Shown here: positions 33,701 through 40,939 of the stretch, piece by piece
Position numbering within the stretch: position 1 is the stretch's first letter
Layout: each line of letters opens with the position of its first letter
DNA from: a virus
Taxonomy: Duplodnaviria; Caudoviricetes
IMG/VR virus record: IMGVR_UViG_3300008113_000053
Location: 2,227 to 66,226 of that record
DNA: 64,000 bases
Strand: one strand, 5' to 3'
Program-made: the position numbers and the translations under genes
Notes under the pieces: model-generated
Told to the model about the DNA's origin: nothing
The model's input: the letters and a program-made list of their open reading frames with translations, nothing else
Database searches by the model: none

Positions 33701-34758
33701 CTCCATTGTCTAGCTGGGCAAAAGAATCTAGATTGCGAGCACAGGTTGCCACGTATCTAACAATTGGCGCATTAATGATTGCTAACTCTAAAAGACTATG
33801 GGATCAGGAACACGAAAAAGAAGCTTTTGACTGGAGAGAATTTACTGTTTATGGCTTAAAGAATTTTGGATATATTGCTATGTCACCAACAGAGACTATA
33901 GGTATAGCACCATTTACAAAACTTGGTGGATTATTACGACCTGTTGCAACATTATTAGAGCCATCGGAAAGTACTGTAGGTTCTAAGGCAAATGCAATTG
34001 GAAAATCTATACTTGATTCATATGTAATAAACAGGTGGAACAGTTTATCTCAAGCAACGTATGCTGCATTGACTGGAACATCTTATGGTAATCGCCCTTC
34101 ATTCTCACGTAATGAGGGAATGGCAATAGCTGCAGCTAATCAACTGCGACCTCCGCTAATGTTTAGGACATTGCAGGACATTGCTCCAGTTCAGAGTAAT
34201 TTCTTAAGCAATTTTTCAAACTATACATTTGTACAGGCATGGTATGAAGATTTAGCTAAGTATGCTGCTGCTCAGTCAATACCAGAAGAAGAGATTGCTA
34301 ATTTAGGACAATTAGATACAGCACTGGCTAAAGCTCCAGTTATTAGCAATGAAGAGGCGATGCGAATATTCTGGAAGGGATACATGATTCGCATGCTAGG
34401 CTTTGGATATTACGTTGACCCAGAAAAATTCCAGCGCAAAATGGATTTCAAACTTGACCTTGGATTGGCAAGTGCTACCGTTAAGCGCTTGTCTTATCTC
34501 GAACGTGGATGGTGGAAATATGCAACTATTAAAGATGCGTTAGCAGACAGTCGCGGTTTAACAAACGTCATTGAAGGGTTTGAAGAAAAAGAATTTAGAC
34601 GAATGACTCTGCTAGGCTTTGTGCCAGAATCCGCTAAAAAGTATGGAACGAAAATACCATTGAGAGATCGTGAATTACCACTTGGAGCTAACGCTGAAAA
34701 AGCACGTGAGCAACAGAAAATGCAAGATTCTATTAATGGTGAGGGCGAACAGGAGTAA
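21751..34758 (+). CDS. Giant (4335 aa) internal virion/polyvalent protein with zincin-like metallopeptidase motif
   Basis: Uninterrupted 13-kb ORF with AAGGA RBS; TIAHEVSHVLF (HExxH, about 29152-29184) and downstream VLHEMTATSF; occupies the large-ejection-protein slot. Confidence 0.7.
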   Translation: MQTRQQLEAKRKKEEAEALARQKALAPQLQAARSGMPESKAPIAELQKASGKPSARVSAPLIATPDGKVQRGTPEEFKKIHIKDWEEKLRSGDPTVLSSANEWLLQEAHKEKAIDDKTYNSLQERFRQMRVDLNKTFIGGVVDGKQVPLEWPRTVFDKTTKQYVQEKRPVSLADLIVRKGNSWAFIQPKTTGELETILRAKYGKRDAVLGKTKAEVEEYQRPNTPAETANMWLGSGLGGAVGFLKPITDQYERLEDWGRKKLGEAPYKNPIIADDPTLTGRSFASRFEAARQGTGAGVKSFFATPANWAQNADIEMRAKSAVRDLGITDPVKAREEQARQEEYLRQSIRDLAPGSNLLMSDWLDKTWNRFPESDVYNYGMIAGETIPVAVTGLRASIGLMNATSTLGARALAPVGMANTGRTIGLVTSVAAPVGVRAFRDQLSKPSDVLKSLQKTGDVTPAEKIVRGIEAAFDPVGTVFQGGMSPGKEEALSQSDPSGAVRGFVSTATNLGLMAPGAPSLWNDVKSQARDAVKLYNRSTAIKDAAGIESSVFNSAQRFTNSFARIGRNEIGKRVAMDLGFGATQPLGVLGEAAYAHFSERKPGEERHYPTAVDYGLSVLHGLVSSRPGKFAHSLINVNPLGAMEPQTAAMDAAVNIINRPDRRVELLHDWLGQTYGRRFNDYDVRLLASEMSNDNLGNIQRRLAHVGGAPDPAFKNPIHYVREFINNPDGFSEATRQKYTDLIENMRGNKDNRDHEPDSPLTKVRILDDLNPATKGIRTQELTARFLKDINLQAEAAKLASKNQPKPSEPVQKQDYYGLRMMDGRVLVFNKDLSSARIIESGNEADITMLAPNSSRELASVDPRVDSLVSLVEGSEHIQNIVRTLIESTFIKDGKIHKFFGLDKNGNPIFALEDGTHKTINRNIIGEYVGDSEFTSADAKDGFIPALKYLAEQSGMSGEGEVTSFRKSGVNPLYPHQHEVAVPDSENDTYGLRPVLANNDWVMHQSNNGSIVFTSNNGMAKGRQLPPIDVATALDLSNEASVINYLKSLNPESASAAVPVASGQGGVAEQGIIHINDNKTLRDLIAIAKSSEKLEDKLDAIKGIVSEYVKHAPEWQDATGVKSDVRQGSIIESDGKTYLVIDSDGNIAVARDITDIEGANHYILSGDAINTNAVRHDVLERIFNDHNIGGVDRSMIRPVSSGTTDLERAMAEAMLTMSTGADVYLFHEVVDASHEDLPSVLLKIATQDHADYLDLYKSLVVSLSAWIDNNPELAHMSYVAAAKAFNELIPTIDVTSSTNSGKLQQAYHLLRLSNFNPEIESAITNAETRLGSAPEPTGSEPIDVTVFSRTGAPRTTRTTEAQALIVNAALGLNRALLGGGDVSPERMNRELTRIFKLYPSLEANKEAAQAKILELAGLLRSVHPLIYSKVLGSPRMWMINKFSGLPAEIQALAAVLPERGPENLVGPNPILATEAGYTAALEKVRSTYNIEKTLGTLDDFKQELYQSGLGFFWEVVHNPEYLANQSSERSAIANDIRRARVFNDTKADSLTQMLVNSATAVYVDTIKKLAQNQSLPADQQTLVNLGDAVIAQKYVDMEAAQQQLTGTELMLSGSPTSQEQSALSLAEAQATLADVAETLGRVGSDIALVDASQQFGVGTIDNGTGQEIGTGLTLAKEKSIEKATFDAYSKLTDKEKIDVILFNGAWPTISGLMSEAIRSGDAGVHDSLLSVIAELASGEVEYPMLMFMGDPSAYNQFKNDVNVVRQYVKNASAIVGSGADIHGTVRNRAIATLRRILATDIPIDGSNVDNVKAWLNFQNLFLKAFTSRVLEAHVTGASKNLKVAQNTIIELERQNRNLLDVVRMASLAQDANMGLEEYMKLSKDVTGAVINFMGFEFSAGESMLISDAVQALISTFTPAELAAPGAARDLVERAAELEQAIVTAGGDMRSLVDSQGQANVTVVEYDRGALGRDISIADPNAPQATKVNLLRANNRAGLEKLFLSMMWGEAANDNPVDVTILDAIAGKFEESQQLKQLTETRNLQTKFRKVFLPSQDSTFEVAVMPGSGRVHRTNRSSEDLVNGQVFFNSVYEQGIAATKSDPVKQRKFIDAMNALYNDGKSGDTSKISMKMLQEVLSAIGLRSSSFMAKTNLGNTFVIGMDSRSQYFAPYMITTMLTAMDVQGKVRVTADPTTPKPPVYDVRDQIQGDEVNYDRSVANNLSKFSIFSTPEDMSKMTVEQLEDMVKYYNLIVNKNSLSLNATDLAKAKQIRDAYQSVLSEYGANKKARDVSAVTTVVTNKANAIEVARQLAKLYDIYSLSQAERDMEADIDLNTASARSEYLALMALARIDSSIIEQFAMNNASIASMTKGKIIGPDNTETVLLSPEQLLRLRSLRLAQLQQNFYNQDNQLFATMQQHLMDTSNLSHRDNPEQGEYIYGMTRELGRTDDAVARLLYIASKKGFDRTAHTIAHEVSHVLFLSLPDYMQVEYLKAVMPEKGTEGADEKIQPAMADAYKLIKSASDAYALHINQGGSKHTFKLKNTSGWDGWGTVLHEMTATSFVNFLTHDGVVYSGGAEKSRADNVTAVLHNLGNVLRPIAERLGTASAGNIVMQDGNAMNAYFLDPAAVKYQSTVENGNERTFYPLQHYSWLNFTVHHQRDASGALRSVTPFDMMGLVDANNPFMKKMFGGNYDRVKSLLNKGGVVLDSSLQVGRFINNSSIATELASGQRATGRVVGMVMSTDYVTQQEAQQAGAKYAFTMKNAKGKDVIWIDVSNDNNKMTWYKLQFEGKGKFRKGQQRSGKKDYMYIVETTGDINMYEKDGDRHKLMTDGKMKQQKVRILVGHDAFSVEDKLAKPYIVSTGKINTPQFNNVVYSMLARVDKSLTEMSGQLNYDHQQGLIQSLAKEYAGVEEGSFTNVYGANLYNLVQDQSLNIGQRIANADKTNLSAQSIAAVDPWVRYKYNNTQFRLRFTELLPELGTDALDLLSSFLYGQRQNMMTPDGRLSTWHRAVPVKYKLGFSQSTANSDKLLTQWMVNKFTSLNEIQNFITSIKDAVVAARNSGETTITVPDPILQMEGTSIDVSSIINGMFSPDMTDNEINATAQIIEKFGTDYLIKLWASTGSNGLAQLFEAFNHSKVNLQPLIYPSTMPTTFEKDGIVYDVKSAIDKVFNLALDPTTVRNYVGQNLRGGPNTQAAEITSTRNLDIANQAVLYHIMTKVFRDQQSQVKFMKDLLRVGHTDNNTTQQLDHINALNMFNVVSHIFATDSRLRTATQRNWNDSKIIDINGDDVIFEIPDRDIAIAAPQTEQGSVVRVNLKTGVSEYVVKTKKLINGEIVDRWEPAQSVDKMYGYNATSRPNDPMPSTAQPWTTKANGQRYTSEQMFGGDRKAAEVLKSILGQNEMSRLVTDENYSTVILLPNVDAFKTGSTEQVANKGISAWSVSFNKDTGWSFKEQNSWWNEAGNPRSQNLNALLKAAMPSTLSDQTREGITKLRVLNEEYHIAKLLVAREAVKKSDLYKKLGGGAREQLFPVADRTIMGDISGDTWYSKSPTGMEAPEPESTLDYVSDIELVKGGESDYPTLNAFWKAKITDEVIGHAEANAPNELVIYKDPNLQNGLGKTLQGKRVTLNVGPEMWPIVDEIMKSRKLPLVNANEAISMDMDEGLTLFSKTPFEHAVGGVKAIGQFGQYILGFDLSTIGIQGARRAMNDPLGAVWALTYSLPSMVMLSRDNLPFFAGYAADLILRGSRYNAKWTLLGNAYYEMAMEAMLKHVNLANKSNYTMAELAELGWKSDYYDWKTKHALNRMKDPSKYKALMDTPFEVDDEFISGAAKHFVGISGRWDQTRLLWRDLFSLKQAVDNMELAEGRKRFNVFEKQQQNYRKNHEIRRDKRALLLDLALDMGLTKFSRSRMQAPLLSAFGQVWNSLETAPGYNRSFIHGMNLDVFHGAKTRVNGAYMRLMRNGPKFLRGNLFDTDFSDYYTTTRTPLSSWAKESRLRAQVATYLTIGALMIANSKRLWDQEHEKEAFDWREFTVYGLKNFGYIAMSPTETIGIAPFTKLGGLLRPVATLLEPSESTVGSKANAIGKSILDSYVINRWNSLSQATYAALTGTSYGNRPSFSRNEGMAIAAANQLRPPLMFRTLQDIAPVQSNFLSNFSNYTFVQAWYEDLAKYAAAQSIPEEEIANLGQLDTALAKAPVISNEEAMRIFWKGYMIRMLGFGYYVDPEKFQRKMDFKLDLGLASATVKRLSYLERGWWKYATIKDALADSRGLTNVIEGFEEKEFRRMTLLGFVPESAKKYGTKIPLRDRELPLGANAEKAREQQKMQDSINGEGEQE

Positions 34759-34762
34759 TTAA

Positions 34763-35539
34763 ATGAGTAACTCTGCTTTATTTATTGAGATTGCTAACAA
34801 ATATATTGGTATTACTGAACAGCCAGTTGGTAGCAATAGAGGACCACTGATTGACAGGTGGAATAGTAATGCGCATGCACCATTAGGAAGTTTCTGGTGT
34901 GCGTCTTTTGTCAGCGCAATTGCAATGGAATGGGAGGATAAAAGTGGTTATGATTGGCCGTTGTGTATTAGTGCTGACTGTGATGTGTGGCTTGCTAATG
35001 CTAAAAAACACCACTGTATTTCAACAAAGGGGCAGCCGGGTGACATTGTTCTTCTGGTTTCTGGTAATGATGCTTATCATATCGGTATTGTCACAGGTTA
35101 CTCTGAAACAGGAAGTTTAATTTCAGTTGAAGGAAACAGTAACAATGACGGAAGCCGAAATGGATACATGGTTGCAAAACGCAATAATGTGTATGCAGGA
35201 AGAAACAAGGATAATGTCTTCTTTATAAGTCCGTGGAATTTGATGACGGAACAGGATGATTGGAAGATTGTTTATGGCGACAAGCACATCGTTGCGTTAC
35301 TTGAGAACAACAAAACTTACGCGCCTTTGCGTGATTTTGTCAGGCTTGTCACTGGGTCTGATGCTGAGTTATCTTGGGAAGATGGGCCAGTGTACAAAGG
35401 TAAGCCACTGGCCCTTCAATGTATTTTACGAGATAGCAAATCGTACGCATCTATACGAGATGCTTCTCGCCGTTTTGGTCTTGACTGTATCGTCAATAGT
35501 GACCAAAAAAAGGTTTACTTACAAGTCAAAAAAGTCTGA
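34763..35539 (+). CDS. CHAP-family endolysin with two C-terminal stalk/copper-amine-oxidase-N-like repeats
   Basis: FWCASFV, PGDIV, HIGIV and VEGN motifs; C-terminal KTYAPLRD and KSYASIRD repeats. Confidence 0.8.
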   Translation: MSNSALFIEIANKYIGITEQPVGSNRGPLIDRWNSNAHAPLGSFWCASFVSAIAMEWEDKSGYDWPLCISADCDVWLANAKKHHCISTKGQPGDIVLLVSGNDAYHIGIVTGYSETGSLISVEGNSNNDGSRNGYMVAKRNNVYAGRNKDNVFFISPWNLMTEQDDWKIVYGDKHIVALLENNKTYAPLRDFVRLVTGSDAELSWEDGPVYKGKPLALQCILRDSKSYASIRDASRRFGLDCIVNSDQKKVYLQVKKV

Positions 35540-36904
35540 CCCGTAATCGCTGAACTTGGCATAATTGGGATTAAACTCTAGTAGTGAAACCCCAGTTTTG
35601 CCATTTCTGTTTTTAGCAGTAATAACTTCAGCTTTATCTACGCCTTGATCGCCTTCTTCACCGTCCTGTTTGCGTTCGTAGTATCCAGCCCTGTAAATAA
35701 ACTGAATTACATCTGCATCAGATTCAATGTCTCCAGATTCACGCAGATCAGACATCATGGGTCTCTTATCTTGACGCTGCTCTACAGCACGTGACAGGCT
35801 AGATAAAGCAACAACAGGACATGCAAACTCACGTGCTATATCTTTTAGGCCACGACTAATCACGCCAATGTCACGAGTTCTATTCTCTGATTTGTAAGAG
35901 CTTGGCATAGCAATCATCTGTAAGTAATCAACAACCACCAAGCCAACATGAAAAGACTTTTGTGTGTCTCTAATGGCATCTCGGATTCCTCCAAGGGTGA
36001 CAGTTTTATCTGCGACAATACTAACATGAAGTGTCTTAGCCTCCTGAGCTACAAGATGTAGCTTGTCTTTCTGAAAGTTATTCAGCTTCTTGGTCTGTAT
36101 AACTTGACTATCCACTTCACTGTAGATTGACAACATACGTGCAGTGACCATGTCTTTTGACATCTCTGCACTTACAATAAGTACTCCGGTCTTTTGATCT
36201 AAGCTTCTCATAAACTTAGCTGCATTCCATGCATATTGCAATCCAAGACTAGACTTACCCATTGAAGGTCTGCCACCTAGTATTATCAGTTCTCCATTTC
36301 GCCATCCCCCTGTAATAGAATCTATTTCTGTGTAACCAGAGCCGATTGAGAAGTCTAATTTATCTTCATCTCTAAGTATAGCCTCGTTGGTTGTATCCCA
36401 TATTAATTTAGATAAATCATCTGTTGAGTTTCCGGAATTGATGAATGTAACAGAGTTATTTAAATCCTTTATGATTACTTCTATGTCATCGTCACCAGTT
36501 GAAGCCCTCTTACTGGCATGCTCTGAAGCAAAGATGATTTCTCTGCGCCTGTGATAGTCAGTTACAAGCTTGGCATAACTCTCAAAGTTTTGAGTTGAAG
36601 GAAGTAGTTCAGCGCATTGCATAATATATGCAAGCCCACCACATGCCTCTAACGCATTTCGCTTAGTTAGTTCCTCATTCACAGTCACGATGTCAATGAC
36701 TTGACCAGCTTTTTCAATTGCGTTATAGGATTCCCATATAAGGCTATGAGCTACTCTGTAGAACATTGACTTATCAATAGCTGTTAATGATCTAAGTATC
36801 CTGTTACCTCCCAAAAGAACGGATGCTATAAGTGATTGCTCACTCATAACATCCGATGGGACCTCGATATTAAATCCTAAACTTTTATTCGGCACGTTGC
36901 TCAT
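35519..36904 (-). CDS. dnaB: Replicative DNA helicase
   Basis: GGRPSMGKSS, SAEMS, VVDYLQ, RPMMSDLRESGDIESDAD, KNRNG. Confidence 0.95.
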   Translation of the reverse strand: MSNVPNKSLGFNIEVPSDVMSEQSLIASVLLGGNRILRSLTAIDKSMFYRVAHSLIWESYNAIEKAGQVIDIVTVNEELTKRNALEACGGLAYIMQCAELLPSTQNFESYAKLVTDYHRRREIIFASEHASKRASTGDDDIEVIIKDLNNSVTFINSGNSTDDLSKLIWDTTNEAILRDEDKLDFSIGSGYTEIDSITGGWRNGELIILGGRPSMGKSSLGLQYAWNAAKFMRSLDQKTGVLIVSAEMSKDMVTARMLSIYSEVDSQVIQTKKLNNFQKDKLHLVAQEAKTLHVSIVADKTVTLGGIRDAIRDTQKSFHVGLVVVDYLQMIAMPSSYKSENRTRDIGVISRGLKDIAREFACPVVALSSLSRAVEQRQDKRPMMSDLRESGDIESDADVIQFIYRAGYYERKQDGEEGDQGVDKAEVITAKNRNGKTGVSLLEFNPNYAKFSDYGSDFFDL

Positions 36905-37319
36905 CTATGTACTCTGTTATCCTTATTAATAAAACATCGTTGATTACGTCCTGTAATTGTTGATTCTTTACAGGTGGCTCTACTCGCCATGCTTTCATAC
37001 CTCCAGTTTTAGCAACGACTAACTGTATAGTTGGATGCATCTTGCTTAATGGAGTACCAAGGCGTATTGCGTCTGAAATCTCATTTGTAACTGACTGTGG
37101 CGGATAATCGCCATACTTTTCAATTGCAATAGAAAGTAATACTTCAGATGGCGTAGGACGAAACTTAGCGCGTGTAAGAATGCGCCGTAATCCATAAACA
37201 ATATCGGCATCATTACACCCAGTTATCGCTACGCGATACACAGTCTGGCTTGTATCGCTCCATTGAATTGAACTAGGTAGTTGCGAAAGAACTGCCAATA
37301 ACTTATCTGTTGCTGTCAT
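36885..37319 (-). CDS. Helicase loader/inhibitor-like protein
   Basis: KFRPTPSEV resembles the F-P-x-x-x-E motif of G39P-type loaders; lies between initiator and dnaB. Confidence 0.5.
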   Translation of the reverse strand: MTATDKLLAVLSQLPSSIQWSDTSQTVYRVAITGCNDADIVYGLRRILTRAKFRPTPSEVLLSIAIEKYGDYPPQSVTNEISDAIRLGTPLSKMHPTIQLVVAKTGGMKAWRVEPPVKNQQLQDVINDVLLIRITEYIDEQRAE

Positions 37320-38020
37320 TTAAACCACTCCTCTACTGTTGTATTTACATTGCTTATAGTTTGTTTTGGCTTAGCATGTGTGTCCCAGTGCTTCCATAAT
37401 GAGCGGACCGTAATCATATCTTGGTTTTGATACCACTTACCAAGTAACACTTTGACTCTTTCTCGTACGTCATCTGGTGTTACACCCGCTTTGTGCATCT
37501 GCCATATTGTCAAGCGTACGTCTTTCCATTCTTTTTCAGTAATTGGATACTCAGGTGTAAATCCCCATCGCACTTGCTTAAACGCCTTGTAAAGTTCATA
37601 TGCTGGATCGTCTTCCTTATCCAGCTCTTTCTTTGCTGATGCAGTTGATTTAACTGTGACTGTAGCGTCGTGCTCTATTGAATCCGGAAACAATTTGTAC
37701 CCATTACTAGTAGTTCTCCCGTTAGGAGAAGTTCTAGAATTAACAGCAAGTAATCTCTTGTCGTTAATTCTCATATTGGTTAAGTAGTGTAGAGATGACC
37801 TAACCGTGCTCTCGGATAATCCAGTGCATTCACATAATCTCTTGATACTAGGCCAGCAATACCCATCGTTATCAACGTGCATGACTATTGCCATAAAAAC
37901 AACAAAACCTGACGGTGTAAAGTTAACGATGTAATCAATAAGTGCTCTGTCTACTTGGACGTATCCACTTGATTTCTCGCCGGATAAGCCGAATGACTTT
38001 CCATTGAAAACAGTAATCAT
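37316..38020 (-). CDS. Replication initiator, N-terminal winged HTH
   Basis: CWPSIKRLCECTGLSESTVRSSL...TSNGY; upstream of loader and helicase; GAGGAG RBS. Confidence 0.75.
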   Translation of the reverse strand: MITVFNGKSFGLSGEKSSGYVQVDRALIDYIVNFTPSGFVVFMAIVMHVDNDGYCWPSIKRLCECTGLSESTVRSSLHYLTNMRINDKRLLAVNSRTSPNGRTTSNGYKLFPDSIEHDATVTVKSTASAKKELDKEDDPAYELYKAFKQVRWGFTPEYPITEKEWKDVRLTIWQMHKAGVTPDDVRERVKVLLGKWYQNQDMITVRSLWKHWDTHAKPKQTISNVNTTVEEWFK

Positions 38021-38032
38021 TTTGTGCTCCTC

Positions 38033-38060
38033 AAAAAAAAGGTCCCGCTTTCACGGGACC
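38033..38060 (-). terminator. Intrinsic terminator
   Basis: GGTCCCG-TGAAAG-CGGGACC followed by T8 on the minus strand. Confidence 0.7.
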
Positions 38061-38066
38061 CTATTA

Positions 38067-38630
38067 TTACTCAAAACTATGTTTACATTCAGCGCATCTT
38101 TGAAAAATCACTGTTGGATTTTCAACAGGGCTTTGCAATCTCTCTATTGCTTCTTCTACTGACATGCCAGATGGAACTGTTACCATGGGTAGCTTTTCAG
38201 GTATTGGTTCTGTGTCACCTTTAATCATTCTTGTAATTTCAGAAACGGTTAACTTCTTAGCTAACGCTTCATTCAAAACACGTCGCTGCTGATCTAAAGG
38301 TAATGACGCAACAGCTCTATGGTGAGTCCAGCTTAATCCTTCCACTCTGTTTTCAATAGGTATTGCATTTGCAACCCAAGAGTAATTTGCTAAGCTTTGA
38401 TATGCAGCATTTGTTGAATCTAGAGCTTGAGAATATTTCTCTCCATGATGTTTCTCACCATAGTTAAGTACATCACCAAGCCCAAATTGAAACGATGTGT
38501 ATAGACGTTGCATCGTACACATTAATCTTGACCACTCATTGTAATCAAGATCGCCAGTAAACGTAATGCCAGTAGTGCTTACAACAATATTGTCTGGAAG
38601 GCTACTAAACCTTACAATCTCATCACTCAT
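38067..38630 (-). CDS. LmbU-like DNA-binding protein
   Basis: LGDVLNYGE..GEKYSQA...YQSLANYSWVA...LSWTHHRAVA matches the LmbU-family pattern. Confidence 0.65.
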   Translation of the reverse strand: MSDEIVRFSSLPDNIVVSTTGITFTGDLDYNEWSRLMCTMQRLYTSFQFGLGDVLNYGEKHHGEKYSQALDSTNAAYQSLANYSWVANAIPIENRVEGLSWTHHRAVASLPLDQQRRVLNEALAKKLTVSEITRMIKGDTEPIPEKLPMVTVPSGMSVEEAIERLQSPVENPTVIFQRCAECKHSFE

Positions 38631-39189
38631 CAGTAGCCTCGCTTGCCGTCAATGTTTTGACTGTAAAGTTTTCAGTAGCTTCTGTCATACTAAATAAGTC
38701 TGGATACTGCTCGACAAGCGTAAGTTGTATCTCTTTTGGGATTTTACTTTTGTATATCTTTGCTTCTACTTTAACTGCATCAAGATTCAGTGGAATAACC
38801 ATTGCTGCTTTCTCTTCATCAATAATCGACAAAGTAGGAGTAGATATGCGGAAAGATACTTGACCCCACGGGCACTTCCATGTCTTGGCTTTACCAGTAA
38901 GTTGTTTCTTTGCAAAGTCTGCAATTTGTGCGCCATAACGTGCTTGCAACCATAGAACTTTACGCTCTTTTTCTTTGACCATTGCCTTGCATCGCTCTGT
39001 AACAGATTGCACATACAGTTGTTGAGCCTTAAGTTCTGTCTCATACTGCAGTAGTTTCTGCATGGCAAGAAGAATATCTGCTTCTGATGCCAACTCTTCA
39101 CCAAGCCAGCCATCAACTGGACCGGCATATTCGCCGGTCTCAATCTCGTAATAGCTGTCACCAATAATGTCAAACTTAGATTTGTCCAT
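38623..39189 (-). CDS. Mu Gam-like host-nuclease inhibitor
   Basis: Coiled coil followed by KAKTWKCPWGQVSFR; adjacent to SSAP. Confidence 0.65.
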   Translation of the reverse strand: MDKSKFDIIGDSYYEIETGEYAGPVDGWLGEELASEADILLAMQKLLQYETELKAQQLYVQSVTERCKAMVKEKERKVLWLQARYGAQIADFAKKQLTGKAKTWKCPWGQVSFRISTPTLSIIDEEKAAMVIPLNLDAVKVEAKIYKSKIPKEIQLTLVEQYPDLFSMTEATENFTVKTLTASEATDE

Positions 39190-39784
39190 TGAGTCCCTCA
39201 TCTTCTATTGTTAAAAATACTGATTCTGCTTCTTCCGGTGTGTTGAATCCCATCAATACTTCTATAACTAATCGCAGGTTTTGATCTGTAGTATCGTTGT
39301 GTCCTGCTAGTTTAAAGAACACACGTTTCATGTCACTTGGTGTGATACCTGCTCCCCATATTCGTTTACACTCAAACGCAAACTGCTTTCCCGGTGTAAG
39401 TGTAGGAGCCTTACTCGGTTGTGGTGTATCTACAATACGCATGTCACCAGCTGGAGTAATAGGTTCTTCTAGTTCCTGAGCGAACAACGTACCAAACCCA
39501 CACAACGCAAGCGCACGACCAATAGCACCTGTCTCTGCTTTCTCACGATAATCAGCAAAGTGTTTTTCGTGTTCTGTTTTGTGTGCCTTGGCAATTAATC
39601 GCCCATTAACGTCAAGGATTTCTGATGCAAACGTACAGTAGTCAGCACCCGAAAGATCGGGTACTGCATACGTGTTGATTGTCCAGTCAGGACATTCGTC
39701 TCTGAACCAAGCAATGCGAGCTGCTACTGGTAAATACTGTTTACCTTTAAGGTTAATAAAGTGATCTTTAGGATTGAACGACAT
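39176..39784 (-). CDS. Single-strand annealing protein (Rad52/Sak-like)
   Basis: LKGKQYLPVAARIAWFR and EKAETGAIGRALALCGFG; GGAG RBS before ATG 39784. Confidence 0.7.
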   Translation of the reverse strand: MSFNPKDHFINLKGKQYLPVAARIAWFRDECPDWTINTYAVPDLSGADYCTFASEILDVNGRLIAKAHKTEHEKHFADYREKAETGAIGRALALCGFGTLFAQELEEPITPAGDMRIVDTPQPSKAPTLTPGKQFAFECKRIWGAGITPSDMKRVFFKLAGHNDTTDQNLRLVIEVLMGFNTPEEAESVFLTIEDEGLNGQI

Positions 39785-40490
39785 CAATTTCTCCGTTGTT
39801 AATTTTTTCTCTTGTTTCGTCACTGATAACTGTAAGTGCTCTTTTACTCAAGGCATATGGAATACGCAGGTCATACATTAAATTTTGAGAAACAGCATAG
39901 TCATACTTTTTAAGAATAAAAGACAATGGTAACCACGTCCACGTGTACCTCCATGGGTTTTCAATGTACTCTTGATTTTTCGATAACTGGCCTATTAGTT
40001 CTAAGCAGTTATCAGATATTACTAAGCAGTCAACTCCATCAACATTCTGTGTGACACACACTAGGTCGTTGTCAACAAAGTCTTTGACACTTACTGCGCA
40101 CAATACTAATTGCTCTCCGTATGGATATAAAGTATCAGGTCGATCAGCGTACATTTCCATGCACAAGTAATCAGACGATGCAGCAATAAATTTGTATACA
40201 CCATCAAGCTTCCATGCTCTGAAGTGATGAAGTAATTCCCTTACAGACACTTCTTCTGCTGACATTCCGTCAGGCACATCAGCGTTTAAATGCTGCATCA
40301 ACAATTCTTTAGTGCTACCTATAATGGCAAACTTCCATATACCTAAGTTGTTTGTCATGTATGTATATGAGTCGTTGGTTGTTGCCCGTATAGCCCACAG
40401 CTTTTTTGTACTAGGGTAATCTAACTGTACGTCAAAGTTTTCAGCGTCAACTGGAAACAATGAACTAAACTTATCTATTGTAGTATCCAT
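39768..40490 (-). CDS. Hypothetical protein
   Basis: 240-aa ORF overlapping neighbours in the operon. Confidence 0.65.
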   Translation of the reverse strand: MDTTIDKFSSLFPVDAENFDVQLDYPSTKKLWAIRATTNDSYTYMTNNLGIWKFAIIGSTKELLMQHLNADVPDGMSAEEVSVRELLHHFRAWKLDGVYKFIAASSDYLCMEMYADRPDTLYPYGEQLVLCAVSVKDFVDNDLVCVTQNVDGVDCLVISDNCLELIGQLSKNQEYIENPWRYTWTWLPLSFILKKYDYAVSQNLMYDLRIPYALSKRALTVISDETREKINNGEIDVVQS

Positions 40491-40936
40491 TCATTTTCCT
40501 TAAATTTTTTAATTCTCTCTCGTGTAGTGTCAGTGCCAATAGATTGTTCTATAGCGTCTATTGCATTGATCACTTCTATTAATGTTCTGCAGATTATTGT
40601 TACGTTTATGTTTGCGTAATGTGCTTGCTCCTTTCTCACTGCACCTGTTTTTGTTTTTAATTCAATTCCGATACCTATTGGCATTTGCCATTTAGTATTG
40701 TGGACATACAAATCAGGCACTCCAAGTGTGTTCCCTTGCCAGCCAGTTGCATATGAATATGTACCGCAAGCAGGGCATTTGCTTTTGCCTCGCGCCTTAC
40801 CTGTTTCAAACACTGTGTATCCTAACAATGTAAGGCACGAGACAACTTGCGATTGCAAAGTCTTTTCGCTTACAGTCGTGTTCTTATTAGTATTAGTAAT
40901 AGCAGCAACACTACTGTTACGATAATTTTTACGCAA
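40475..40936 (-). CDS. VRR-NUC / PD-(D/E)xK nuclease with zinc-ribbon insert
   Basis: SEKTLQ, GVPDL, IELKT..G...EQ; CPAC insert. Confidence 0.75.
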   Translation of the reverse strand: MRKNYRNSSVAAITNTNKNTTVSEKTLQSQVVSCLTLLGYTVFETGKARGKSKCPACGTYSYATGWQGNTLGVPDLYVHNTKWQMPIGIGIELKTKTGAVRKEQAHYANINVTIICRTLIEVINAIDAIEQSIGTDTTRERIKKFKENEWILQ

Positions 40937-40939
40937 CCA

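Noticed and set aside
219-34000. Numerous minus-strand and alternate-frame ORFs within the virion genes (also 61498-63936)
   Set aside because: Shadow ORFs of long, well-supported plus-strand genes.
21751-34758. Virion RNA polymerase (N4- or crAss-like)
   Set aside because: No DxDxD or T7-type catalytic motif found by eye; not excluded without a structure search.
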